NCBI GenBank assembly: GCA_944350425.1
Contig: CALVOX010000001.1
Span: forward strand, 106,212-170,211
Source of the DNA: an uncultured Bacilli bacterium
Lineage (GTDB): Bacteria > Bacillota_I > Bacilli_A > RFN20 > CAG-826
Direction: 5' to 3'
Length of the DNA stretch: 64,000 nt
A program made the translations under genes and the position numbers. The notes beneath the pieces are model-generated. The model was not told the origin of the DNA. It saw only the letters and a list, made by a program, of their open reading frames with translations, and made no database searches. This document shows positions 10,763 through 19,875 of the stretch, in pieces. Numbering within the stretch: position 1 is the first letter of the stretch; each line of letters opens with the position of its first letter.

Positions 10763-11098
10763 ATGAGAGGTTATATTTCGCTTAAATCCTACAATAAAGA
10801 TGGCAATTTAGGTATAAACTTAAAAGTTTTTGAAACTATTGCGTACCAAACCCTAAATGACATTAAAGGCATCAAAAAAAGAAGTCAATCTGACGAAAAA
10901 ATTAAACCAAGTGTTCAAGCAAGCATCAAAAATAATAAAGTTTCCTTTAAATTTAATCTCTTGCTTGAAAAGGATGTTTCAAAAGAAATTGTAAAAGATG
11001 AAGTTAGTAAAGTTTTAAATTATAATCTTTTAAATTATCTTGAAGCAGTTCCTTATGATATTTCATTTACATTTTTAAAAGAAGAAAGTAAAAAGTAG
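10763..11098 (+). CDS. Asp23/Gls24-family alkaline shock protein (YqhY-like)
   Basis: Length 111 aa. It lies immediately upstream of nusB, as yqhY does in Bacillus. The N-terminal region resembles Asp23. Confidence 0.5.
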   Translation: MRGYISLKSYNKDGNLGINLKVFETIAYQTLNDIKGIKKRSQSDEKIKPSVQASIKNNKVSFKFNLLLEKDVSKEIVKDEVSKVLNYNLLNYLEAVPYDISFTFLKEESKK

Positions 11099-11100
11099 TT

Positions 11101-11535
11101 ATGCAGGCATTATCTAGAACTGAACAACAAGAAAAAATTATGCAAATTATGTCATCCTTTTTGGTATGTCAAAAAGAAGGACTAGTTTTAAACGTTGAAG
11201 AAACTATCGAGGACGTGATTGGAGTTGATTATTCAAACGTCCCAATTTATGTTAAAGAAGTTTTAATTAAAGCTTTAAAAAAACAAAACGAAATTATCTT
11301 AGATATCTCTAAATATTTAAAGAATTGGACATTTTCTCGTTTAAATACGTGCGTACAAGCAATTTTAATACTTGCATATACTAATTATTATTACGTTCAA
11401 GACGAAAATATGAATAAAGCTATAGTCATTGATATTGCAGTTGAATTAGCAAAGAAATATGCAGAAAAAGATGATTATAAGTTTGTTAACGGCATTTTAG
11501 AAAATTGTTTAAAGGAAGAAAATAAAGGTGAATGA
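11101..11535 (+). CDS. nusB: Transcription antitermination factor NusB
   Basis: Length 144 aa with the C-terminal FVNGIL motif. Conserved asp23-nusB-xseA-xseB context. Confidence 0.75.
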   Translation: MQALSRTEQQEKIMQIMSSFLVCQKEGLVLNVEETIEDVIGVDYSNVPIYVKEVLIKALKKQNEIILDISKYLKNWTFSRLNTCVQAILILAYTNYYYVQDENMNKAIVIDIAVELAKKYAEKDDYKFVNGILENCLKEENKGE

Positions 11536-12748
11536 AGAATTAGTTAATCAAATAAAAAATCATGTTTTTAATGTAACTGAGATTAACCAATTAATAAAAG
11601 ACGTTTTTGAATCATCCCCGTATTTCAAAAATATTTCAATTAAAGGAGAAATATCAAACTGGAAAGGAAGAAATATTTCCGGACACATATATTTTTCTTT
11701 AAAAGATAATCAATCAACTATAAAGTGTGTCATGTTTAAATATGATGCACTTTATTTGAAAGAAGATATAAAAGATGGCGATAAGGTAACTCTTTATGGT
11801 TCAATATCAGTTTATACTCCAAGCGGAAGTTATCAATTTATAGTAAAAAGAATCGAAAAAGAAGGACTCGGAGATATTTTGCTAAGAAAAAAATTATTAA
11901 TCGAGAAATTGGACAAAGAAGGTTTATTTAATATAGAACATAAAAAAGAAATACCTGAATTTCCTAATAAAATAGGTATTATCGTTGGAAAAAATAGCGC
12001 TGCTGCTAAAGACTTAGAATTTAATATCTCAAGAAGGTGGCCTCTAGCTAAAATTACGTTTTATTATAGTTTAGTTCAAGGAGAATTGGCTTCAAAAGAT
12101 ATTATTTCAAAATTAGAAATCGCTGATAATGACAATAATGATGTTTTAATCTTAGCAAGAGGTGGTGGATCAATTGAGGATTTATCAGCCTTCGATGATG
12201 AATCTCTTGCTAGATTTGTTTATGCCTTAAAAACTCCTTTAATTAGTGCTGTAGGTCATGAAATTAATAAAAGTATTGTTGACTTGGTTAGTGATAAGTA
12301 CGCCTCTACACCAACTGGTGCAGCGGAAATTGCAGTACCAAATAAAGAAGAAATTCTAGACGATTTAAATCAAGAGCAAAACTATATAAATTCATTGGTT
12401 CTGAGCTATTACAACAAATTACAATCTGCTTTAAATATACTAATAAACAACAAAAATATTATTAGTATTGATTCTATTCAAGAAACTCTTTTCTCTAAAA
12501 TAAATTTGTTAGAACAAAAAATACAAACAAATGGCAACATGTATTATGAGAAGATTTCTAGTAATTTAACTTTAAAAGAGAAAATTATAAATACTTTAAA
12601 TCCTTATAATATTTTAGATAAAGGCTATTCTATTATAAGAAATGATAAAGGGAACGTTATTTCAGAATCCACAAAACTAAAAGATAAAAATAACGCAACA
12701 ATTATATTCAAGGACAAATCAATTGAAGTAGAAATTAATAAGAGGTAA
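11528..12748 (+). CDS. xseA: Exodeoxyribonuclease VII large subunit
   Basis: OB-fold N-terminus (GEISNWKGRNISGHIYFSLKD), followed by xseB. Confidence 0.85.
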   Translation: MNEELVNQIKNHVFNVTEINQLIKDVFESSPYFKNISIKGEISNWKGRNISGHIYFSLKDNQSTIKCVMFKYDALYLKEDIKDGDKVTLYGSISVYTPSGSYQFIVKRIEKEGLGDILLRKKLLIEKLDKEGLFNIEHKKEIPEFPNKIGIIVGKNSAAAKDLEFNISRRWPLAKITFYYSLVQGELASKDIISKLEIADNDNNDVLILARGGGSIEDLSAFDDESLARFVYALKTPLISAVGHEINKSIVDLVSDKYASTPTGAAEIAVPNKEEILDDLNQEQNYINSLVLSYYNKLQSALNILINNKNIISIDSIQETLFSKINLLEQKIQTNGNMYYEKISSNLTLKEKIINTLNPYNILDKGYSIIRNDKGNVISESTKLKDKNNATIIFKDKSIEVEINKR

Positions 12749-12754
12749 ACCAAA

Positions 12755-12943
12755 ATGAAAGAAAAGAAAAGTTTTGAAGAGAAAAATAAAGAATTAGAAG
12801 AAATTGTTTCAAAAATGGATAGTGGCAATTTACCACTTGAAGAGATGATAAAATGCTATGAAAGAGCCCAAATATTAATAAAAAGTCTAAAAGATGATTT
12901 AAACAATTTTAAAAATTTAATCGAAGAATATAATAATAAATAA
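12755..12943 (+). CDS. xseB: Exodeoxyribonuclease VII small subunit
   Basis: 62-aa helical protein directly downstream of xseA. Confidence 0.8.
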   Translation: MKEKKSFEEKNKELEEIVSKMDSGNLPLEEMIKCYERAQILIKSLKDDLNNFKNLIEEYNNK

Positions 12944-12944
12944 G

Positions 12945-14153
12945 ATGTCAAAAATTATTGCTCATATAGACTTAAATACTTTCTTTGTTAGAGTTGAAGA
13001 AATAAAAGACCCTTCTTTAATTGGTAAACCTATCGGAATAGGAAATGAAGGAAGAAGCGGAATTATTTCAACTTGTTCGTATGAAGCAAGAAAATATGGT
13101 GTGAGCTCTGGTATGCCTACATTTGAGGCAAAAAAGATTTGTCCTCAACTTATTTTAAAACCAGCTGATTCTAAACTGATTAATCTTTTATCAAGAGAAT
13201 TTATAAGTTACTTAAAGCAATTTTCAAGTAAAATAGAACAATTATCTTGTGATGAATGTTACTTAGATTTAACTGAATCTTATCGTCGATTTGGACACAA
13301 CAACATCTATAACTATTTGAAAAATATTCAAAATGGCTTATATAAAAAGACTAAACTAAAATGCTCAATTGGTATTGGACCGACGAAATTTTTAGCAAAA
13401 ATGGGATCAGACTATAAAAAACCAATGGGTATTACAATAATACGAAAAAAAGATATAAAAAATATTCTTTTCCCGTTAGATGTTAAAAATTTTTATGGAA
13501 TTGGTAAAAAAACATATCCAAAATTATATAAAATTAATATTCATACGATTAGTGATTTATATAATAAATTGATCGATAACGACTATCAAACTCTTTTGCT
13601 AATTGGTAATCAAAAAGATTATATTTTAGCTTGTTTAGAAGGAAGAACATCAGATGTCGTAGAAACTCAAAGAAGCGATCCTAAATCAATAGGAACTACA
13701 AGGACTCTACCTTTTGATATGTCAGTAAAAGATGATATAGCCCCTTATTTATTAGAAGAGATTAAAAGAATTACATTATCTTTAAAAGAAGAAAAAAAGT
13801 TGGCAAAAACAATTACTATAACTTATAAAGATGCAAAATGTATTGATGATTTTAAAGTAACTACGATTTCAAAAACACTAGATGAATATACAGATAGTGA
13901 AGAAAAACTTGCCAAAGAAGGATTAAAACTATTTGATTCGTCCTTTAAGAATCAGGAAATTAGATTAATCGGTTTTACTGTTAAAAATCTAATCGACCGT
14001 AATGAAGCAGTTGTTCAAATGACTTTTGATAATTATATGATTCACGAAAAAGAAAGCGAACTTTATTTATTAATCAATAAAATTAATCGAGATTTTAAAA
14101 AGGAAGTTCTTATTCGTGCTAGTGACTTAAAAAAGAAAAATGGAAATAAATGA
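12945..14153 (+). CDS. dinB: DNA polymerase IV (Y-family translesion polymerase)
   Basis: The N-terminus MSKIIAHIDLNTFFVRVEE matches the UmuC/DinB family. Length 402 aa. Confidence 0.8.
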   Translation: MSKIIAHIDLNTFFVRVEEIKDPSLIGKPIGIGNEGRSGIISTCSYEARKYGVSSGMPTFEAKKICPQLILKPADSKLINLLSREFISYLKQFSSKIEQLSCDECYLDLTESYRRFGHNNIYNYLKNIQNGLYKKTKLKCSIGIGPTKFLAKMGSDYKKPMGITIIRKKDIKNILFPLDVKNFYGIGKKTYPKLYKINIHTISDLYNKLIDNDYQTLLLIGNQKDYILACLEGRTSDVVETQRSDPKSIGTTRTLPFDMSVKDDIAPYLLEEIKRITLSLKEEKKLAKTITITYKDAKCIDDFKVTTISKTLDEYTDSEEKLAKEGLKLFDSSFKNQEIRLIGFTVKNLIDRNEAVVQMTFDNYMIHEKESELYLLINKINRDFKKEVLIRASDLKKKNGNK

Positions 14154-15018
14154 AGCTTTTAAAAAATATCTAGATTTTTGTTTAATAGAAAAGAATTTAC
14201 TTCCAAATACGTTAAATGACTATATGGAAGATTTTTCTTTTTATAAAAAACAATTTCCTTATATTAAAAATACTGAAGATATGAGTAAAGAGGATATAAA
14301 TGATCTTATTTATGAAATGTCGATTTCAGGTTTAAAAGCAACAACAATTAAAAGAAGAGTTTCGTGCATAAAAAACTTTTATATATTTGTTCAAACTGAA
14401 GGAATTGAAAATAATATTGTTTCAAACATTTTAACTCCAAAAAACGAGAGATATCTTCCAGAATATCTTTCAATCGATGAAGTTGATAAACTTTTAAACT
14501 CCTTTGATATCAATAATGATTCTGAACTAAGAAATAAAGCCATTATTGATACGATGTATTCATGCGGCTTAAGAGTTAGTGAAGTTATTAATTTAGAGAT
14601 AAAAAATATTAATACTGAAGAAAAATTTATTAAAGTTTTAGGAAAAAACGCTAAAGAGAGAGAAGTTCCGATTAGAAAAGAAGCTCTTCAATCAATAAAC
14701 AATTACTATTATTTAATACGTAAAAATATCAAAAAAGGAGATAAAAATATTCTTTTTGTAAATTCTCACGGAAAGAAACTGACAAGACAATATCTTTGGA
14801 AAATAATAAAAGATAAAGTAAAAGAATGTGGAATAAATAAAAATATACACCCTCATACCTTAAGACATTCTTTTGCTACACACCTTTTATCTCGAGGTGC
14901 CGATTTAAATTCAGTAAAAAATATGCTTGGTCATGAAAACATAGAAACAACTCAAATTTATACTCACGTTGCCGAGGAGCGCATATTGAAAGAATACGAT
15001 AAGTTTCGGAAAAAATGA
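14140..15018 (+). CDS. xerC: Tyrosine recombinase XerC/XerD family
   Basis: C-terminal catalytic motifs HTLRHSFATHLL and LGHENIETTQIYTHV (the RHRY family). The gene overlaps dinB by 14 nt. Confidence 0.8.
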   Translation: MEINEAFKKYLDFCLIEKNLLPNTLNDYMEDFSFYKKQFPYIKNTEDMSKEDINDLIYEMSISGLKATTIKRRVSCIKNFYIFVQTEGIENNIVSNILTPKNERYLPEYLSIDEVDKLLNSFDINNDSELRNKAIIDTMYSCGLRVSEVINLEIKNINTEEKFIKVLGKNAKEREVPIRKEALQSINNYYYLIRKNIKKGDKNILFVNSHGKKLTRQYLWKIIKDKVKECGINKNIHPHTLRHSFATHLLSRGADLNSVKNMLGHENIETTQIYTHVAEERILKEYDKFRKK

Positions 15019-15061
15019 TTAAAATTTGCCCAATTTAAGCCTATAATATTGAGTGTTAAGT

Positions 15062-15090
15062 TTGAATTCTATTACTATTTAACTTATAAT
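15062..15090 (+). promoter_or_regulatory. Sigma-70-type promoter for the deoB operon: TTGAAT, 17-nt spacer, TATAAT
   Basis: -35 at 15062-15067 and -10 at 15085-15090 with a 17-nt spacer. A GAGG RBS lies 8 nt before the ATG. Confidence 0.55.
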
Positions 15091-15108
15091 TCAAATTGAG
15101 GTTTTAAG

Positions 15109-16326
15109 ATGAAAAAATATTCAAGAGTAATTACAATTGTCTGTGATAGTTTAGGAATTGGAAATGCCAAAGACGCAGACAAGTTCTTTCAAAATAAAGA
15201 TACAAACGACGTCGGTTCAAACACATTCAAACATATTAGCGAATCCTTTGAAAACGGATTAAATATCCCTACATTAAACTCTTTAGGAATTGCTGATATT
15301 GATGATATTAAAGGAACAACCAAAGTTGATCATCCAAATTCTTATTCTATTGCTTTAAATGAAGCTAGCAACGGAAAAGATACCATGACTGGACACTGGG
15401 AAATGATGGGTGTTTTAACTACTAAACCATTCCAAACATTCACAGAAACAGGATTCCCACAAGATTTAATTGATGAGTTGGAAAAAGAAACTGGCTATAA
15501 ATTCATCGGAAATTATGCAGCTAGTGGAACTAAAATATTATATGATTTAGGCGAACAATCAATTCGTGACGGTTCTTTAATTATTTATACTTCAAGTGAT
15601 AGCGTTTTACAAATCTGTGCTTCTGAAGAAACCGTAGGCTTAAAAGAATTATATCGAGTTTGTGAAATTGCTAGAAAACTTTGTATGAAAGATGAGTGGT
15701 TCGTTGGAAGAATTATCGCTAGACCATATGTTGGTAAAACAAAAGAAACATTTAAAAGAACGTCAAATAGACATGACTATGCTATTTCTCCAACATCAAT
15801 TACTGCAATGAATATTTTAAAAAATAATAATATTGAAGTTAATTGTGTTGGTAAAATTAACGACATTTTTAATGGCTCTGGGGTTACTTCAACTGTTCAT
15901 ATTGATAGCAATATTGATGGTATGAATAAAACAATAGCTAAAGTTAAAGATGAAAATTTTAAAAAAGGCTTCTTGTTTGTTAATTTAGTTGAATTTGATA
16001 GTGAATTTGGACATAGAAGAAATCCTACAGGCTATGGAAAAGCAATTGAACAATTCGATGTTCAATTAAAAGAATTGATTTCAAGTTTAAGAGATGATGA
16101 TTTACTAATGATTACTGCAGACCATGGAAATGATCCTACATGGAAAGGCACAGATCACACAAGAGAACAAGTTCCTTTACTTTGCTACTCTAAAGAAATC
16201 ACTAATGGAAAGAAATTAGCTGAATGCAATACTTTTGCTGACATTGGCGCTTCAATTTTATATAACTTTAACTTAGAAAAAGATAAAGTAATGATTGGTG
16301 AAAAAATAAAAGAATTATTTGATTAG
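15109..16326 (+). CDS. deoB: Phosphopentomutase
   Basis: Motifs DSLGIG near the N-terminus, GHWEMMG, and the metal-binding DHGNDPT. Length 405 aa. Confidence 0.88.
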   Translation: MKKYSRVITIVCDSLGIGNAKDADKFFQNKDTNDVGSNTFKHISESFENGLNIPTLNSLGIADIDDIKGTTKVDHPNSYSIALNEASNGKDTMTGHWEMMGVLTTKPFQTFTETGFPQDLIDELEKETGYKFIGNYAASGTKILYDLGEQSIRDGSLIIYTSSDSVLQICASEETVGLKELYRVCEIARKLCMKDEWFVGRIIARPYVGKTKETFKRTSNRHDYAISPTSITAMNILKNNNIEVNCVGKINDIFNGSGVTSTVHIDSNIDGMNKTIAKVKDENFKKGFLFVNLVEFDSEFGHRRNPTGYGKAIEQFDVQLKELISSLRDDDLLMITADHGNDPTWKGTDHTREQVPLLCYSKEITNGKKLAECNTFADIGASILYNFNLEKDKVMIGEKIKELFD

Positions 16327-16337
16327 AGGTGATTAAA

Positions 16338-17330
16338 ATGGCAATTAGAAAACTTTTAATATTAGGCGCTACATTATTTGCTCTGTCTTCATGTACTTCA
16401 GGCGAAAATATACATAATCAAACACTCGAATATACAATGTTAATGCCTTCAGGAGCTCCTACACTCCCTCTTTATTACGAAATTTTAAAAGAAGAAGTAG
16501 AAGTTACAACAACTCCTACAGATATCCCTGTTCAATTTAACACTGGTGAATATGATTATCTAGTTTTTGATTCAACTAAAGCAACAAACTTCATTAACAA
16601 AGAAGACGCTAAATATAGTTTTAAGATGATGCTTACAGGCGGAAATTTTCATGTCTTAGGCTTTAATATGGAAGAAAACTCAATTCCTCAAGAAGGCGAC
16701 TACATTCTTTCTTTCCAAAAAGATTCAACATCAGATAAAGCGTTTAAAAATGTCTTTGGAGATATTATCCCTACAACAAATTATTTTGACGCAATTAATG
16801 TCTTACAAACACAGCTAACAACTATGAATGAAAATTTTGAAGTTTCAGGTATAAAAGTTGATTGGGCTGTTGTTAGTGAACCACAAAGAACTAATTTAAT
16901 GAACATTTGGGCTAAAAACGGTATTGATACTTCTAAAATTATCGATATAGATTTGCAAAAAGCATTCAAAGATAATAATCCTACCTATGAGTTTGATTAT
17001 ATTCCTCAAGCTGCTTTATATGTTAGTAAAGAATATGAATCAGCAAATCCTGATCAAGTTGAAAAACTTATTGCACGTATTCAAGAATCAGTTACTAACG
17101 TTATAGAAAACCCAGAACAAGTTGCACAAGCAATTGAAGAAAGTGAAATCGGAACTGACACAAACGCTCAAACAGCACAATTTGGTTTTACAACCGACAT
17201 TATGAAAGAAGTACAAAAAGATGGAAAAAATGGTTTTGGCATTGTTCCTAGTAAAGAGGATTTAAACTTAAAATTCGATGATGGTGCAGTAAAATTATTC
17301 AACACAATTACAACTACACTTAGTAATTAA
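16338..17330 (+). CDS. Lipoprotein, probably an ABC-transporter substrate-binding protein (SsuA/ThiY/NMT1-like). I trimmed the start to the RBS-supported ATG.
   Basis: Signal peptide with a lipobox (LFALSSC). The RBS GAGGTGA precedes ATG 16338. The permease gene follows immediately. Confidence 0.5.
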   Translation: MAIRKLLILGATLFALSSCTSGENIHNQTLEYTMLMPSGAPTLPLYYEILKEEVEVTTTPTDIPVQFNTGEYDYLVFDSTKATNFINKEDAKYSFKMMLTGGNFHVLGFNMEENSIPQEGDYILSFQKDSTSDKAFKNVFGDIIPTTNYFDAINVLQTQLTTMNENFEVSGIKVDWAVVSEPQRTNLMNIWAKNGIDTSKIIDIDLQKAFKDNNPTYEFDYIPQAALYVSKEYESANPDQVEKLIARIQESVTNVIENPEQVAQAIEESEIGTDTNAQTAQFGFTTDIMKEVQKDGKNGFGIVPSKEDLNLKFDDGAVKLFNTITTTLSN

Positions 17331-17341
17331 TATAATTTCGA

Positions 17342-18121
17342 ATGAATAAAACAAAAAAAGAAGTTAAAAATAAATATCTGTTTTTATATCAACGGTTAGG
17401 AATAGGAATTATAATTTTAATTTGGTTCTTAACCTCTTTTTTTGTTAACAATCAATATATTTTACCTTCGATACTAGACACATTTAATTCTTTAATAAAT
17501 CTATTAAAAACATTTTCAACTTATCAAGCCTTCTTTTTAACTTTCGTAAGGACTTTAATTTCAATATTAATTTCAATAATAATCGGTCTTATTATTGGTA
17601 CTATTGCTGGATTGTTTCATAAATTTGAATTATTTATGAAACCAATTGTTAATTTAATGCGTTTTATTCCTGTACCATGTTTTATTTTTATCTTAAAGCC
17701 GCAATTGTTTGAAAAACTTGATTTTTTATCGATAATTATCTCGTTTTTTATAGTTTTTCCATTAATTTATGAAGCAATAGTACACGGAATTAACAATATA
17801 AGCGAAGATATTAAACTATCTTTAAAACTAGAAGGATATTATAAACCTAATTCTATTTTTAAAGTATTAATTCCTTTATCATTTCCTTATTTAAATGTTG
17901 CTATCATCGATTCGATAGGTTTAGGAGTAAAGATTTCTGTAATGAGTGAAATTATAATTGGATCTAGCAAGATTTGGGGTATTGGAAGATTAATTTATGT
18001 TGCAAATCAAAACGCTGATTTTCCAATGATTTTTGCAGTAACAATACTAATTATTATATTATTCCTAATCATAGATTTAATTTTAAATTACTTTAAAAAA
18101 CGATTACAAATTGCAAAATAA
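17342..18121 (+). CDS. ABC transporter permease, NitT/TauT (SsuC/ThiX-like) family
   Basis: It has 6 TM segments. The conserved permease loop pattern (KLSLKLEGYYKPNSIFKVLIPLSFPYL ... GLGVKISVMSEIIIGSSKIWGIGRLI) matches NitT/TauT permeases. Confidence 0.6.
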   Translation: MNKTKKEVKNKYLFLYQRLGIGIIILIWFLTSFFVNNQYILPSILDTFNSLINLLKTFSTYQAFFLTFVRTLISILISIIIGLIIGTIAGLFHKFELFMKPIVNLMRFIPVPCFIFILKPQLFEKLDFLSIIISFFIVFPLIYEAIVHGINNISEDIKLSLKLEGYYKPNSIFKVLIPLSFPYLNVAIIDSIGLGVKISVMSEIIIGSSKIWGIGRLIYVANQNADFPMIFAVTILIIILFLIIDLILNYFKKRLQIAK

Positions 18122-18139
18122 ATATGAGTTATCTTTATT

Positions 18140-18176
18140 AAAAAAATCATCATTAAAAAAAATGATGATTTTTTTA
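18140..18176 (+). terminator. Rho-independent terminator after the permease gene
   Basis: Stem atcatcatt / aatgatgat with an A6 loop and a T6 tail. Confidence 0.6.
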
Positions 18177-18237
18177 ATATAAGGGGGATAAATTTTCTCT
18201 ATCAAAACATTCTTGAATAATAAAGGAGAAATATTAT

Positions 18238-18747
18238 ATGAAACTTGACCAGGTATTAAATCAAGATGTTGCTCAAAGCAATTCAAACGTTGAAGATAAA
18301 ATATTGTCAATCAAAGATATAAGTGTTTTGGTTAATCCATATTTTTATGTTAAAAAAGGTAAACTTGTTGAATATATAAAATCATTTAAAGTCAATGGAC
18401 AATTAAGTATTGGATTAGCTTTAGTTTTAGAAGAATCTACATCAAGAGATTATGAAGCTTTTGTTTGCCCGTTAACTTTTGAAAAACCAAATTTCAAAAA
18501 TGAAAGATATCGTTTAGCAATTGGTGAATTACCATCGATAAGGTCCAACGAAATTGTTTATGCTAAATTAGACCAAATTAGATCTCTAGATAAAAAGAGA
18601 ATTATCAAATCATCTTTAGGAAATCATAACTTAGGAATTGTGCCTTACGAAGTTATAACACAAATCGAATTAGTTTATTACAATCTTTTATTTAAAGGAA
18701 ATCCTGCATTATCAAAAAGTGTTATTTCTAAACAAATTACGTGCTAG
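18238..18747 (+). CDS. MazF/PemK-family endoribonuclease toxin homolog with an N-terminal extension of about 37 aa. It appears to be solitary.
   Basis: The C-terminal half matches MazF/EndoA signatures (KKGKLVEY ~ KRGDVYFA; PLT; LDQIRSLDKKRI ~ LEQIRTIDKQRL). A strong AAGGAG RBS is present. There is no antitoxin-sized ORF upstream. Confidence 0.5.
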   Translation: MKLDQVLNQDVAQSNSNVEDKILSIKDISVLVNPYFYVKKGKLVEYIKSFKVNGQLSIGLALVLEESTSRDYEAFVCPLTFEKPNFKNERYRLAIGELPSIRSNEIVYAKLDQIRSLDKKRIIKSSLGNHNLGIVPYEVITQIELVYYNLLFKGNPALSKSVISKQITC

Positions 18748-18845
18748 TAGATATTTAGTAGTTTTAATTAAAAACATTGTGGATAACTTATTGTTTTTAA
18801 ACAAATAAATAAAAATATGAAAAATTAATTTTAATCTCATTAATT

Positions 18846-18877
18846 TTAAAAAAATACGATTATTATCGTATTTTTCT
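18846..18877. terminator. Bidirectional rho-independent terminator between the convergent MazF-like and yqeK genes
   Basis: aatacgat-tatt-atcgtatt hairpin flanked by an A-tract upstream and a T-tract downstream. Confidence 0.55.
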
Positions 18878-18885
18878 TTGTATTT

Positions 18886-18913
18886 AGTTTACATTATAGA
18901 TATTATACGAAGT
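18886..18913. other. dif: dif-like XerC/XerD recombination site (chromosome dimer resolution site)
   Basis: AGTTTACATTATAGATATTATACGAAGT matches the reverse complement of B. subtilis dif (AGTTTACATAATATATATTCTAGGAAGT) at about 23 of 28 positions. Both 11-nt arms and the 6-nt core are recognisable. It sits at the + to - gene-orientation switch, 4 kb from the xer gene. Confidence 0.55.
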
Positions 18914-18930
18914 TCTTATATAAACAAAAT

Positions 18931-19536
18931 TTAAAGATAAAATTTATATAAATTATTCGAAAGATAATTACCTTCATCACCTTTTTTATCTAGGAAATCT
19001 TTCGCTTCTTTAACAACATATTTAAAATTGTTAACGCAATCATTCCTCATGAGTTTAATTAATTTCTTAGAATTATAAGGTCGTAAAGGTTCAATCTTAT
19101 CAGCAGCAAACAAAACTATTCCTAATACACTTAAATTAGAATTTCCTGTTGTATGATAAATAATTGCATCATTAATTTCTTTATCAGTAATACTTAAATC
19201 ATTTGTGATCATGTAACTACCAACAAATGCATGATAGGCATATTTAGGTAAATCAAGATATTCTTTGAAATATAATTTCATTAAGTCTGTACTTCTCTTT
19301 TTATCTAGATATTTTCCAACATCATGTAAAAATCCAACAAAAAAGAATTTTGCTGGATTATCTAATCCATTCGAAACGGCTATATCATACATTAAATTAG
19401 CTACACTCAAAGAATGCATAAAACGTTTTATGGTTAAATTTTTATAAACATAATTAAAAATTCGATCGTCAATTATAAATTGATTATCCTCTCTGATGGT
19501 TAATCTATATTTACAAAAATCGTAAACTTTATCCAT
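18931..19536 (-). CDS. yqeK: HD-domain phosphohydrolase YqeK (bis(5'-nucleosyl)-tetraphosphatase family)
   Basis: HD motif FVGFLHDVGK. It is the last gene of the yqeG-yqeH-yhbY-yqeK cluster. Confidence 0.6.
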   Translation of the reverse strand: MDKVYDFCKYRLTIREDNQFIIDDRIFNYVYKNLTIKRFMHSLSVANLMYDIAVSNGLDNPAKFFFVGFLHDVGKYLDKKRSTDLMKLYFKEYLDLPKYAYHAFVGSYMITNDLSITDKEINDAIIYHTTGNSNLSVLGIVLFAADKIEPLRPYNSKKLIKLMRNDCVNNFKYVVKEAKDFLDKKGDEGNYLSNNLYKFYL

Positions 19537-19575
19537 ACACTTATAAGACTAATAAAAAGACGATTGATAATCGTC

Positions 19576-19875
19576 TTATTTTGGTAAAATAATTTTATTT
19601 TTTAATTCAGGATTAGATCGGAATAAAATAATTGTACATCCTTTTTCTTCAACTAAATCACAACTTAAATTAGATAATAAATCTAATATAAATTCGCTTT
19701 TATTAGCTGATGAAGATTTTAAGAATGAAACTTTAATTAACTCGTGTGCAATTAAAGCTTTATCTAACGTATCTAAAACTGTATTTGTAATTGTATTTTT
19801 ACCGATATTAAATTTCAAAATATCATTTTGATAAGAAATTTTTCTTAAGTAGTTCTTCTGCTTATTATTTAACAT
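19576..19875 (-). CDS. yhbY: RNA-binding CRM-domain protein YhbY/YqeI
   Basis: 99-aa protein with a CRS1/YhbY fold signature, positioned as in the Bacillus yqe operon. Confidence 0.65.
   Translation of the reverse strand: MLNNKQKNYLRKISYQNDILKFNIGKNTITNTVLDTLDKALIAHELIKVSFLKSSSANKSEFILDLLSNLSCDLVEEKGCTIILFRSNPELKNKIILPK

Noticed and set aside
12625-12828. 67-aa antisense ORF spanning the xseA/xseB junction
   Set aside because: It is antisense to two tightly coupled genes. The product is hydrophobic and low-complexity, which is typical of AT-rich noise.
16781-19447. Small ORFs 16781..16969 (-), 18104..18310 (-) and 19265..19447 (+)
   Set aside because: Each lies antisense within or across the lipoprotein, permease or yqeK genes. 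None has an RBS or a recognisable motif.
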